Below, in pieces: positions 34,330-47,110 of a stretch of DNA of 64,000 bases. A program made the position numbers and the translations under genes. The stretch's first letter is position 1. Each line of letters opens with the position of its first letter. Under the pieces are notes generated by a model. That model was given only the letters and a program-made list of their open reading frames with translations, was not told where the DNA came from and searched no databases. The stretch comes from Octopus bimaculoides (taxonomy: Eukaryota): assembly GCF_001194135.2 (NCBI RefSeq), contig NC_069009.1, positions 8,729,071 to 8,793,070 on the forward strand, read 5' to 3'.

Positions 34330-37150
34330 AATGTGAAACTAAGTACATTTAGTTTTGTATCATTACAACATCCCCCATTCACTTGAAGCAATTCACAGAC
34401 TAATAAAACTGACAAATGAAAATAGGGTTTCTTCTCACTCAAAGAAAAAAATAAATAAACTGTTTTATTGCAAGAGCAATAAGCAACATGCACTTCAAAT
34501 AACATGAACAGTTTTATGGTACAAAGTGTTTTTTAGTGTTCTGGTGTTTTCACTGTCCTGCCTGATCTTGGGATTCTTTTGTGGGTTGGTGTTGAGCACT
34601 TCTCATGTGTCTGACCATTATTTTGTGTTTCTGCATTGTTATCAGGAGGAGCATTGGTGATTTCTTTTCTTGAGTCAAGTTGAATAACATGTTTCATGGA
34701 GTTTGTAGGGTCTGTTAGATGGTTGCCTGTCTCTATATTGTTGGGCAATCTGGCAGGCATTTCCATCTGAATGGTCTGTTCATACTGTCTGTCTATGCCT
34801 ATGCCAGTATCTCTCAGTTCCCTTCTGTTTCTCCACAAATCTCCATGGGTTGTTTTCACAATGTAAGACCTCAGTTCTTTACATTGTTTTGCTATTTCTC
34901 CAGGTATCCAATGTTTGTTGTTTATGTCAAGGACTCGTACAGCTTGTCCTTTGTGCAACAGAGGCAATTTCATCTTTGCATGATGGTCATATGCAGTTTT
35001 CATTTGTATTCAAGAAGTTTTCTCTGTCTTTGAGCTTCATGAGAGTAGCTCCAGCGTAATGGTACAAGTGTTGTGATTAGTCAACCCAATAGGATCTCAG
35101 CGGGTGATGGCATCTTTAAGTTTAATGGTGTGGCTCTTAGATTCAACAATGTATTGTTTACGTCTTCCTTGCTTATTTTTAGATTGTCTTTTGAATTGTC
35201 TGTACTTGTCTCTCTGTGGAGGCGCAATGGCCCAGTGGTTAGGGTAGCGGACTCGCGGTCATAGGATCGCGGTTTCGATTCCCAGACCGGGTGTTGTGAG
35301 TGTTTCTTGAGCGAAAACACCTAAAAGCTCCACGAGGCTCCGGCAGGGGATGGTGGCAAACCCTGTTGTACTCTTTCACCACAACTTTCTCTCACTCTTA
35401 CTTCCTGTTTCTGTTGTGCCTGTAATTCAAAGGGCCAGCCTTGTCACACTGTGTCACGCTGAATATCCCCGAGAACTACGTTAAGGGTAGACGTGTCTGT
35501 GGAGTGCTCAGCCACTTGCACGTTAATTTCACGAGCAGGCTGTTCCGTTGATCGGATCAACTGGAACCCTCGCCGTCGTAAGCGACGGAGTGCCAACAAC
35601 TTGTCTCTCTATGAATATGTTTGACTGGGAGTACCTTGGTGATGATGTAGTGTGTTGAATTCTCCATTTATGTGTCATTTGTTGAAATGGTTTACCAGTA
35701 TATTGAGGACCATTGTTGCTAAAAATTTCATCAGGTCTTCAATTGTTATGAAACCAGGAGTTGAATCCATGATGTGATCACAATGTATTGTGATTAATTT
35801 CATTGCCTTACATGCTGGTAATCCGATGACTGGTGGTCCATCCACCTCTACCACACAGAATTTGGCATCATTGAATTCGCTGCCGTTTGAGTGAAGCTGA
35901 GAATATATTGCTTCAAAGCATTTGATTTCTTGGCCATAGTATGCCATCAGATGAATGTTTTTCTTTGGTTTTAGCATGACTGCAGTTCGTGTTGATTTGT
36001 ACATCTGGCAATGTGTTGCCTGCTGCTCCTGTATCAGTCTATAATTTTATTTGTCGGACCTTTTCTTTCTGTGGACATTTGATAGCCAATGCTTCATTTT
36101 GCATGCTTGAAATTTGTATGCAGTGGTAGGAATAACAGTTCTCTTTGTCTGAGTCTGTATAAGCCTTGTAGCTTGATTCTATATCATGGAATTTTTCGTG
36201 TGCTTTTTCCAAAGCCATTTTTCTGTCTTGTTTGTTCTGTTGACGACAAAATTCTTTCCAGTGTCCCTTTTTGTTGCAGGAATCATTATATGCAGGGCAC
36301 TTTCTTGGTGGGTACATTCGTCCACAATTTCCACATCAACACTCGACAGCATCTACATTGCTTAGTTCTGCACTTGCAAGTTGTTGTAGCTGACTTTTTG
36401 CTGCAAGAATGGCTTCATATTTTCTACCCTCTGTTAGGGCATCTTCAAGTTTGTAGTCTTTCTCTTTCCCAAGCAACTCCTTTTGGAAGGCTTCAATGAG
36501 AGGTGAAGCAATCAATAATTCAACGATCAGTTGTTCAAGATCTTTTTCTTCAAACTCACATTTTTTTTACTATTGTTCAGGCTCTTGTAACAAAGTTGTC
36601 AATTGTCTCATCATGCTACTGTCTCCATTCCATCAGTTTAAGGCGATGTACGCTGAAATTGATGTTTATCTTGACTTGTGTTTCGAACAATTCTCACAGT
36701 TTATTTGGGCTTTCCTTGTCAGCATCTGATAAGCCAGATTCATTCAAATGTTTGAATGCCTCTTAATATTTTTAAGGCTATTTTCCTTGGTTCTATAGTT
36801 TCTTCATCTTCATAATAGTACATGATGTTTGGTTTGAATATTTGCAGGGCTTCAGCTGCATTGTCTGTGTGCCATTGCATTTCAGGAATGCAAGCTGTCA
36901 CTATATTATTGATGTTTTTCTTGTGCAATACAACACCGTATGATTTGGTTATTTTCTGTGGCATAACATGTACTATGTAGCCAATATGATAATAATAGTT
37001 TGTATATAAATTTGTAGCAATGCTTCCAGCTAAACATGTGTATTCTTCTTGTTCTTTTGTGTCACGTCGCGTTCAGTGATGATACTGGTACATTGGTAGC
37101 GTTGAACAATGTCTAATCTATACTATAATGGAGAAAGCTGCTTATTAATT
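34330..37150 (-). mobile_element. Internally deleted Gypsy-like LTR retrotransposon (gag zinc knuckle, protease, partial integrase; no RT/RNase H)
   Basis: CPAYNDSCNKKGHWKEFC, DTGAAGNTLP, PDEIFSNNGPQYTG..HTTSSPRYSQSN..ERQVQTI, LRATP..PSPAEILLG and WIPGEI..RSYIVKT..RNRR motifs. PPT-like gaatggggga followed by TGTTGTA at 34370. A matching LTR pair was not confirmed. Confidence 0.8.
35216..35598 (+). mobile_element. Young intact tRNA-Arg-like SINE (family D) inserted in the Gypsy integrase
   Basis: ggcgcaatggcccagtggttagggtagcggactcgcggtcataggatcgcggtttcgattccc. Perfect 12-bp TSD acttgtctctct (35204 / 35599). CpGs retained. Confidence 0.9.
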
Positions 37151-38534
37151 AGGCATGTAACAATTACTAAAAGAAAGCAATTATTAAAGGGTTGACCATC
37201 TGGAAATATTTTTATAAATTCATCTTCTAAGAAATTTCCTATAATTTTGATTTCCCAAGTTTATTGAATTTTTAAAACTCCAATTTCATGCAAATTTAAA
37301 TATTCATTGCGTCCAATTCATTACAAATTTAAATATTCATTGCATTCACTGCGAAGTATTCCATTTTAAGTTTTAATTCGCTATTAATGTATACATAATG
37401 TAAAAACATTATTTATTGAATGAAAATTTTTTTTAAATACACATATAATTATTGAACGCTGGATAGCTGTGAGAAGAGCCTAGAAAGTTGGGTAATTACT
37501 ACTAGAAGACCAGAAGAAAAAAACAAAACAAAAAGTTACTGACAAGTATTCGAAAATTGTACCTTATTCACAGTTTCCAAACAACTTCAACAGTGACACA
37601 CATACACATGCGCACAGATAAACATGCACACAAATGAAAGGCAATGAATGCGTATGTGTGTGTGTGCGTGTGTGTATCCATGTGTGCTTGCTGTTCACTG
37701 ACAAAACTTCATGCTGCATCACTTTTGTGAAGTTTTGTCAGTCACAGTTTCAAAGTGACGAAAATATTTTGACACAAATCAAGTTTTAATGTTGAAGTGA
37801 AACTAATGGTATTTGTGTGTTCTTGAATGGTTTACAAACATTTTCCACGCTGCAACTGATATTGTTTCAGCACATGATCTCAGATCAAGTCACTTGCTAT
37901 GCAAGTACATCTCCATAATTTTTTTAAATCACTGTGGATAAATGCCAGTAATGACCTTCTCAGGCTCTTCAATATTTTAATTTCTAAACAGAAACAACCG
38001 GGGGCAGGGAGTGGGGTTGCAAAAAATTCATAATTTCTCAAATTTTCTTTTTTATAGCTTATAAATGTATTTATGGGGATAAAGAAACGAGGAAGGTTGT
38101 CTTTGGATGTGCTAGAAACAACAGCCAACTCGCCCTTAAATCACTTTTCCCTCTGAAAATATTAACAATTTTTAAAAAATTTTTGTACCGGAAATGCTCT
38201 TCCCATGGTCTTGAAGTGCAAAAAAAAAAAAAATTGGCCAAAATAGGTCTGGAGTGGGATGATGAGGGAGTGGGGTGTAAAAGTTATGAGGGGGAAAATG
38301 TCAGATCATGTGATTTTTCTGAAACTCCTTCCTCGCAAAAATTCTTTCCCATAAATCCCTATATACACTGAAGCCACAATATCTAAGCGGTAGTTGTAGA
38401 AAATTTCATTAAAAAGTATCCATTTTTCTGGATGTTATGAGGCAACAAAGTCGGGGGCGTATACATCTGTAGCAATGTCCTTTTATTTATATGATTTTTT
38501 CATTTCATGTTTATTTCATTCATTGTCTGCAATG

Positions 38535-38573
<39 letters not shown>

Positions 38574-39039
38574 TGCTAAGCTTGCAGATGGGCTGCTGAA
38601 TTGAAATCTTTTATGTTGCTTTGAGGGGAAGATTAAACTTGACAAACTGCCTCTGTTGTTGGACTACCGTGATGTTTGTTTAAAAGATTATGACTGATAA
38701 AATAATGAAAGCAACATTTACTAAGCAAGTGAGCACTATTATACAAAGGAATAATTAGATGTAAAATATAAAAATGATTAGAAATGGGAATAAAATGCGA
38801 AAATATTATCAAGGGGCGAACAGAAAACTGCCCAGAGGGCAGTCCTTCTGCGTGTGATAATAATGTGCTGGTAATCCAATTAGCTCGATTCACATGCGAA
38901 TTCTCTATGTTATAGTATTATAACATATATCATATTTTTGTGTCGACCGTGCGACGCGTTAAAAGGAGCCTGTTTCCATTCGTCACCATTCTCCTTTGGT
39001 TCGCACGGTTGTTCTCTACATATATATATATGTAAAAAG

Positions 39040-40140
39040 GTTGAATTAGATTTGTCCTTTAATTTGGAGGTTTCCAAACTAAGATTTCTAATATAGATTC
39101 TACTGGCGTAAGTTTGCAAATATGAAAATAAAACTTGTATATGGTGTGTTGTAAATTTATGGAAAGGAATCCCATAAAACTCAACAATTTTGTTAAAAAT
39201 GGAGAAGAGATGTTAAAATATATAAGAGAATTTTAATTCATGCAGATGATCGTTTGGTACAGAGATATAAAAATCATGCAAATTCATGGTTGAATAGAAA
39301 TAATTAAATTGAATTAAATTAATTATATATCACTGTATTCTTCAGTGTAAGAAGTATAAACAAATTTTTTACAAAGAACTTGAGAAAGGAAGTAGCAGAA
39401 TAGGATCTAGGAGATTCATATTTATCCTTATGAGAAAAAAAGATGTGAGTCCAGTTAGGTATTGACTAAAACTAAACACTGTAATGGTCATTTGAAAATA
39501 TAAGTGAAAGAGGTTTTAGAGACGTTCCCTTTACAGATGAGTAAGGAAATTAGAAATTCTAACTCCAAATAAGTCGTGTAGGATAAAGATTGTATAGAAA
39601 TGTCCAATGGAAAGGCATGGCTATATTTGAATTAAGATATGACCTGACATTTAGAAACAATACTAAGTGTGGTGTATATTTTTAAATATTTTTATACATG
39701 AGAATGAAGTTAATCGAGAGGAGATTAGTGTATAAAGACTACTGGATTGTTAACATAAATAAGTGTTTGAGAGGTGAAAAAGGGTTAAAGAAAATAAGAT
39801 GCGTAAAATGGATTTGTGTTTGAATAAGAATATTCATTTGTATGTATTAAATATAAGGTAGAAAAATAAGTAAAAACAGAAAAAAATAGTTCTTAATATT
39901 ACAATTTAGATAGTAAATACTTGCTACGGCTATAAAGATGAAGAAAGAGCACTCAGAGAGTTATTTCATGTAGGAAAACTGCAAAATAACAATGTAGGGG
40001 TGATAAATGAGAAATAGAAAAAATATGTATTGATATGTAAGGCTATACAGTAACTATGTTTAAGTATAAATAAAAATATGCGGTAAGGAACTAGCTTGGC
40101 ATAATGTGAGAGGGATATATAGTGTGGTATTAGGTTAGTA
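39040..40140 (+). pseudogene. Highly degenerate retroelement ORF, possibly the N-terminal region of a Penelope-like element
   Basis: Purine-rich strand asymmetry. Homologous to the reverse complement of 22440-22770 (gttgaa..tcctttaat..aagatttctaa; aaatggag.agagatgttaa). Fragments KLRFL..VCKYEN...EI.K and NISER recall PLE ORF N-termini, judged by eye only. Confidence 0.35.
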
Positions 40141-40868
40141 ATTAATATTCAAGTAACAGAAGAGTATTGTGTATTATGAATATAAGAAAAGGTACAAGTA
40201 TTGGGGTGCACATAAGTATACAAAATAATTTATATATATATAATGTCTGCACATTCGTATACATAGATATAGGAATTCTAGTTGTATCTTGATTAGGGTA
40301 TACATAAAGGAAGGAACACTGTACAAAAATATACTCATACTGGTGCAAAGAGAGACAAAAGGCACATACATGTAGATATAAGTACACACACGCACATCTA
40401 AAAATAGTAGTATATATATGTGTGTGTGTATGCAAAACATACGTGTATGTGCACACGTTCATATTAAAATATACATATTAGTGGCAACATATAGTGAATA
40501 AACACACAATAATAATAATAATAATAATGATAGATATGCACACACAGATGACATATAAGGTCCATATCTAGATAATCACACATGGTTGTAGGCAAGTAGG
40601 ACACCAAGAAGTACTATATATATTTGCTTATATCAGCAGATATAGTGTTAATTATAGGAATTTTTTTTTTTATTATAAAATAGATTCAATTTCTTATTGT
40701 TAAAAGAAGAGATTATCCTAAAGAGATTTGGAGAGACTGAAAGTTCAAATCTAATTTTTTTATTATTAAGTATTTTTGCATATTTAGAGTTTTTAAAGTT
40801 TTTATTAATTATAATTCTGATACATTATTTACATTTGACGGATATTTGTCCTCATCTTGTTTGTTGTT

Positions 40869-40913
40869 AACACACGTTTCGGCTGATATACCCTCCAGCC
40901 TTCATCAGGTGTC
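40869..40913 (-). ncRNA. Minimal hammerhead motif, antisense arm (lacks N17)
   Basis: Minus strand gacacCTGATGAaggctggagggtatatcagccGAAAcgtgtgtt, one nt shorter than the + copy. Confidence 0.6.
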
Positions 40914-41132
40914 TTGGGGGAAATTTCGAACCTGGGTTTTCATTCCTAACGATGTTACTATTATTATATTATTATTATTATTATTACTATTATTAATCAG
41001 GTCGCTGCCGTGAATCGAACTCGGAATCTTGGGGTTAGTAGCCCGCGCTCTTAACCACTACGCCATATGCCTGTGGGGAATGAGAACCATATGCCCGTTA
41101 GGAATGAGAACCCAGGTTCGAAATTTCCCCAA

Positions 41133-41178
41133 GACACCTGATGAAGGCTGGAGGGTATATCAGCCGAAACGTTGTGTT
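41133..41178 (+). ncRNA. Minimal type I hammerhead ribozyme (intact core, palindromic ACGU stem III, GUU cleavage triplet)
   Basis: gacac CTGATGA a ggctg gagggtatat cagcc GAAA c g t t gtgtt. Stem I 5 bp, stem II 5 bp. Confidence 0.75.
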
Positions 41179-41369
41179 AACAACAAACAAGATGAGGACA
41201 AATATCCGTCAAATGTAAATAATGTAAATAATGTAAATAATGTAAATAATTCCTCATCTCTTAAATATAGAACTGTATTATAATTCTAATCTAACAAAGT
41301 TAGATTTTAGATGTTTGGCAAAAGGTATTATGATCCAAGAAGTGTTATTGCTGTATATACATACATATA

Positions 41370-41525
41370 TAAAACTCTTGGAGTGGTTGGCGTTGGGAAG
41401 GGCATCCAGCCATAGAAACCATGCCAAATCAGACTGGAATCTGGTGCAGCCTTCCCGCTTGCCAGCCCTGGTCAAACTGTCCAACCCATGCCAACATGGA
41501 CAATGGATGTTAAATGACGATGATG
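41370..41525 (+). mobile_element. RTE 3' tail fragment
   Basis: ggagtggttggcgttgggaagggcatccagc...ccaacccatgccaacatgg..gatgatg. Confidence 0.8.
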
Positions 41526-43111
41526 AACAACAACAAATATATATATATATTGTTTGCTTTTATGTTTAGTTATAATAAAAGCAATTTTACATTAACCTGA
41601 TGGCTTACGCTATACTTTTGTAGAGTACAAATTTATTACTCTTAAACAACAATGTTGTTGACAGTAACTTTGAAGTTTCCGCCAGCTAAGCCATTGTCAG
41701 CAGTCCAACAATAGCTTAGCTAGCCAAAACTTCAAATCATTCAACAACATTCTTGTTTAAGAATAATAGAAATACATACATATATATACATACACACACA
41801 TATATATATATACATATATATACACACACACAAACAAAAATGAGGTAAGAAAAATATCTCAGAGTGGACAGTTGCATGTATGTGAATGTCAAACAAATGT
41901 AAGTACATTAAATGGTATATCAATTACCATGCAATGTAAGTTCTTGATTTATGTGTCATAATTATAAAATGGCAATTAAGACCAACACCACATGTGAAAG
42001 GAGAAATAATCTCAAGATTCAAGAATGTCTCCAAAATTGACATGCCACTAGGAAAAAAGACAGGCTTATTGTCTGAAGATAACAATCATGGACATGTGTT
42101 TCTGCTTCAATAGCCATCAACAGCATCACAATTGGCCAACCTTATCTCCAGTAGCCAAGGGACTTATATTAAAAAATAGTAGAATACATTATGCATTATT
42201 ATTATAACTAGCAAGACCCGTCAATATTTCATGGAATAGTAAACCTATTGGGTTATTCCTGAAAACTTTATCCAAAAAGCCTGAAAGCATAGCTTGTGTT
42301 GTATCTGTATCAAAAGATAGTTGCTCATCTGCTATTTGTTGAAAAGTGAACGAAATTGGAATACAATGATTACTTAATGCACTTTATATACTTTATGCAC
42401 AATTTTATAGACTTAATACACAGCTCTCATAAAATAAATATTCACTCTTATTTTTCCATTTTCCCCAAAAAGAGAAAAAATTACATTTTAAAATGTCACA
42501 AGTTCATATCTAGAAAACAAAAATTTTATTAAAAAAAGAATTTCATATGTAAAATATAGGGGTCACAATTCCATGGGGGTAGAAATTTAATGCAACATGG
42601 CATACTCTGAAAACCACATTGTTGGTAACTTATAAGCCAAGGTAATGGGTCAGAGCCAATACACATTTCAATTTGTGTACACCTTTCAATCCAATACTTC
42701 TTTGCAGACTATGTTCCTCATGTAAGTTCTCCCTCTTTATTTTCCACTTGTTTGTCAGTCTTGATAACTTTAACTCACACCAGATAATTTGCGAGCCCTT
42801 GAGAATGCAAGGAATATATATAAATATCAATAATAATAAAGAGTATGGAGACTTGTACATCAACAAAATTTATTTTGTATTTATGTACAGCATATTATAA
42901 CGACCTACACATGTTTCTACTTTATTTTCTTTCTTGTTTCATGCTGTCTTTTCTGTTCCTCTCCAAGAAGGATTCAGCTGTGATCAGTGGTAAAGTCTGT
43001 TAGATCTAAAACTGCTCAAGATATGCCATGTGTCACAACTGTACTCCTGCAACCCAAGGAATTAAATGCAGTTCACAAGACAAGCACACGTGTGTGTATA
43101 CATATAGGTAT

Positions 43112-43360
43112 ATAGGTATGGCTGTGGGATAAAAAGACTGGTTCCAACCACATGGCTCTGGCTTGTTCAGTCACACACACACACACAATGTGTGTGTGTG
43201 TGTGTGTGTGTTAGTATGAGTATGTCAATGTGTGTATGTCTTTGTGAATGTGTTTTACTCCCACCACTGCTTGACAACCAAGTGTTGGTTTGTTTATAGC
43301 TACATAACTTAGCAGTTCAGCAAAAGAGACTGGTAGGATACCAGGTTTAAAAATAAGTGT
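43112..43360 (+). mobile_element. SINE family A, degenerate
   Basis: tatggctgtggg..ccaaccacatggctctgg..caccactgcttgacaacc..cttagcagttcagcaaaagagac. Confidence 0.6.
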
Positions 43361-44104
43361 GTATACACACACACACACACAATTCCTGTTCCTTTGTCAT
43401 TCTATTAATCATGTTCTGTACTTGCTTAACAATTTATTCTGAAGCAGCATATATACATTGAGCTCTAACATCAGGTTATTAGTATTGCTATGACTAAGTG
43501 AAATTATGAAATAAACAGAAAGGAGCAATTAGATGTGGAACACCATTCATCAGCTATAACAGCCAGAACCAATGTAGTTTCTGAACACTTGTGGCTGTGC
43601 CAATGATGGTAAGACATCACTGAAATACTGGATGTTATAACACACAAAATCTGAGAAAACAAAGGACAACAACTTATGAGTGAGATGGAAAATTAAGGAC
43701 AAATATACTAATTCTATAATAGAATGACAGAGGCAGTATTAATACCAAAAGGTAAAATATTCACCACTTAAAAGTGGATGCTGTGTTAGAATACACAAAT
43801 ACTGCAATATCTACCAAGATAGAAAACTCTCATATAGTTATATGGTGCACAAAAGCACATCATAGCTATTACCAGTGGCAGACAATCACCACTACTTTAG
43901 CTGCCTGTTCAATGTTAAAAGATCAATTTTGTTTTTTGACTTGGCACAAAAGAATAGAACAACCATTAAGGAAGGTAGTGCAAATGGAAGAATAGAGATT
44001 TGAATCTTGGTGGCGTAGGAGGTAGATGAAAGAAGGTATGAGAAAGGGAAAGAAAATGTTAAAAATAGATGAGAAAAGAAAGTGAAAGAGTCAATGACAG
44101 CAGG

Positions 44105-44146
<42 letters not shown>

Positions 44147-44455
44147 AAGGAAATGAGAGAGAGAAAGAAACAGGTAATAAGAAGGTAAATAACAAGATAG
44201 GAACATTATTTGTAAACAGTATTAATGAGAGCATGTGAACCAGACGAAGATTAGTGTCAGAAAGTTCACATCTCTCTCTCTCTCTCTCTCTATATNNNNN
44301 NNNNNNNNNNNNNNNNNNNNNNNNNNNNNNNNNNNNNNNNNNNNNNNNNNNNNNNNNNNNNNNNNNNNNTATATGTATATATATATGTATATGTATATAT
44401 ATATGTATATGTATGTATATGTATGTATATGTATATATATGTATATGTATATATG

Positions 44456-44500
<45 letters not shown>

Positions 44501-44542
44501 TATTTCTCCACGTGCGGTTAACACAACCCCACTATTTACTGA

Positions 44543-44576
<34 letters not shown>

Positions 44577-44592
44577 TATGTATGTATATATA

Positions 44593-45174
44593 CAAGAGGG
44601 GAAGTCAAAAATAATCCACACCATAACATATCTTTAATGGCTGTTCCATTAGCAATGTGCACCAAAGAAAAACAAGGAGCAGTGATCCAACTTCTCTGGA
44701 AAAGGGTTTAACAATCAACAGTGCAAGATGCAGAGCATTGCTGGCCAACAATCTGAAACCAGCAATGCCAAAGCCTGTTGTTGAAGGAAGTTTTGTTGTT
44801 GCATGACAATGCACACCCACACACGGCCACCCAGACCATTGAAACCATTAACCAATTGGGTTTTGAGGTGCTGGAACACCCTGCCAACAGCCCAGACCTC
44901 GTCCCTTCCAACTATCATATCTTTGGACCGCTCTAGGATGGTTTATGAGGCTGTCGATTTCCTACGGATGAAGATTTGAAGGAAGCGGTGCATAAATGGT
45001 TACATGACCAACTGAAAACCTTCTTGGAAGGAATGCACAAGCTTGTGCACCGCTGGATCAAGTGCATTGAAAAGGAAGGAGACTATATAGAAAGATGAAG
45101 TACTTGTTTATCCCCTGCTTTTGTGTAAATACATTGAAAAAACAAGAGTGCGTATAATTTCTGACACTCCCTTA
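44593..45174 (+). mobile_element. Deleted mariner element with DD34D C-terminal remnant
   Basis: LLHDNAHPH, LEHPANSPDLVPSNYHIF, HKLVHRWIKCIEKEGDY. Imperfect TIRs flanked by TA. Confidence 0.85.
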
Positions 45175-45347
45175 TATATATACTGGCGGATGCACCTGAT
45201 AATTCCTGGGAAAGCGGGGCTTATCCCTTGGTTCCATTCTCATAATTGTTTCGCTAATCCAGTAACAACAATACAAAGTATGTAGCCCTTAAAACGGTTT
45301 TTGTACATTTATTGATGGAGACTGGTACATCTTCAAATTTTTTGTCA

Positions 45348-45620
45348 ATTATACAGCATAATTAGTTAATTAAAATGACTGAAATATGTTTCTGCTGCAT
45401 AGAAATATGTACAGTTGAATATGCAACCTGCAATATTCTGCTCTGCACCTTCATTCAGGGTCTTTCTACAACTGTGGTCTGATGCAAACTGAGTTTATGT
45501 ACGGGTAGCTTATATATTTATTTTACTGTGATTTAAGATACAAAAGGAACGTGAAAAGGAGATATTGAAACCTGATATGGCTAGAAAACTTACTTTGTCT
45601 CCGACCTGAAGCTTGACCTT
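45348..45620. repeat. Near-identical copy of 10675-10946
   Basis: See the 10675 entry. Confidence 0.9.
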
Positions 45621-46269
45621 AATTCTAGAATGAAACTGAGAGTTCCATACACTAAATTTGGTCTAAATACATATTTGTATTCTAATATAGATTCATCTAT
45701 TTATTAAAAGAGATTGTATATGTTTTTCTGTCACAACATATGAATGAGAAAGGAAGGTAGGGGTGATTGCAAAAGGTGAATATTTGTATGTGTGAGTGAA
45801 AAGAAAATTCAAATAGCGCTTCAGCTCTGAGTATATGTGTGTGCGTGTACAAGGGAAGTATGTGTATGTTTATATGTGTGATTATTATGTGCCTTATTTA
45901 TATATAAAATCCTACAATTGGCCTTCATTTTTTGAGGCACAGGCCAGCTCGTTTATTGTAAAAAAACAAATCGTATTTTTTCATTGACAACTCACTTCAT
46001 CTGATTGAAAGATAGGAGTTTCTTCCTTTTCAGGATAAAGATTATTTTTGGAGACTTTCCCCATTATGCACCGTTTTAGGTATTTATACTGCAAAAGTGC
46101 CTAATATCTCCACAACCACTTATCCGATTTACACGAAATTTGTTTCATTCCATTCATATTTAGATTTCAGGGGGGGGCTCTTAACTGATAGTATTTTCCC
46201 ATTATGTGCCAGTTTGGCTGGGTAACATTGCAAGTAAGCAAGATTCAATCTGATTTTTAACAGTATATA

Positions 46270-46500
46270 GATAGGCATCAGATGTGTGCCAGAAAGATGA
46301 CGGCACTGGTATGGTCATGTGAGGACAGCTGTGTAAAGAATTGCTGATTTTTAACTGTGGAGGGAACCTGTGGTAGAGGTAGACCCAGGAAGACATGGGA
46401 CGAGGTAGTGGAGCATGATTTTTGAACTTTGGGCCTCATGGAGGCAATGAGTAGTGACTGAGTCCTTTGGCAATATGCTGTGCTTGAGACACATTATGAT
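46270..46500 (+). mobile_element. RTE LINE 3' ORF fragment
   Basis: gtggagggaacctgtggtagaggtagacccaggaagacatgggacgaggtagtg (GTCGRGRPRKTWDEVV). Confidence 0.8.
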
Positions 46501-46744
46501 GGGCAAAAGTCTTAGTGACTTTAGCTTGCCAACAAAAAAATACAAGTTGTTTTTTACAGTAAATGTTTCTATTTTTGCTTTTGTTAAGCATAATATTTTA
46601 ATCATTTAGAAATATTTTTAAGTGAATGTGATTTCAAAAATAGAAGCTGTTTGTACAATAAGTATTTATATTTTAGTTTTCTTCAATATTTTAATCTTTT
46701 TAAAAATTATTTTCAAGCAAATACTATTACAAACATTTTTTTTT

Positions 46745-46963
46745 TTGGCATACTCTCTTTACTCTTTTACTTATTTCAGTCATTTGACTGCGGCCATGCT
46801 GGAGCACCGCCTTTCGTCGAGCAAATCGACCCCGGGACTTATTCTTTGTAAGCCTAGTACTTATTCTATCGGTCTCTTTTGCCGAACTGCTAAGTAACGG
46901 GGACATAAACACACCAGCATCGGTTGCCAAGCAATGCTAGGGGGGACAAACAAAGACACACAA

Positions 46964-47008
<45 letters not shown>

Positions 47009-47110
47009 CATATATACGACGGGCTTCTTTCAGTTTCCGTCTACCAAATCCACTCACAAGGCTTTGGTCGGCCCGAGGCTATAGTAGAAGACACTTGCCC
47101 AACATGCCAC
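46745..47110 (-). mobile_element. Young SINE family A copy, cut by a gap
   Basis: CpG-rich reverse complement of the 4467 copy. Confidence 0.85.

Larger units (their letters stand above)
40819..41276. mobile_element. tRNA-headed, hammerhead-bearing fold-back element (full - strand copy plus inverted + strand tail)
   Basis: 131-bp inverted arms 40821-40951 / 41096-41226. tRNA-like head 41071->40998. TSD attataattct (40808 / 41277). Confidence 0.85.

Noticed and set aside
35216-35295. tRNA-Arg-like sequence
   Set aside because: It is the head of a SINE with a body and a 12-bp TSD, and the acceptor stem does not close.
34260-37170. Paired LTRs for the Gypsy-like element
   Set aside because: The TG-starting segments at 34370 and ~37140 share only a short patch of similarity, so a pair could not be confirmed by eye.
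40998-41071. tRNA-like sequence on the minus strand (also 56871-56945)
   Set aside because: A and B boxes are present but the cloverleaf is incomplete and it is embedded in a mobile element; not called as a tRNA gene.
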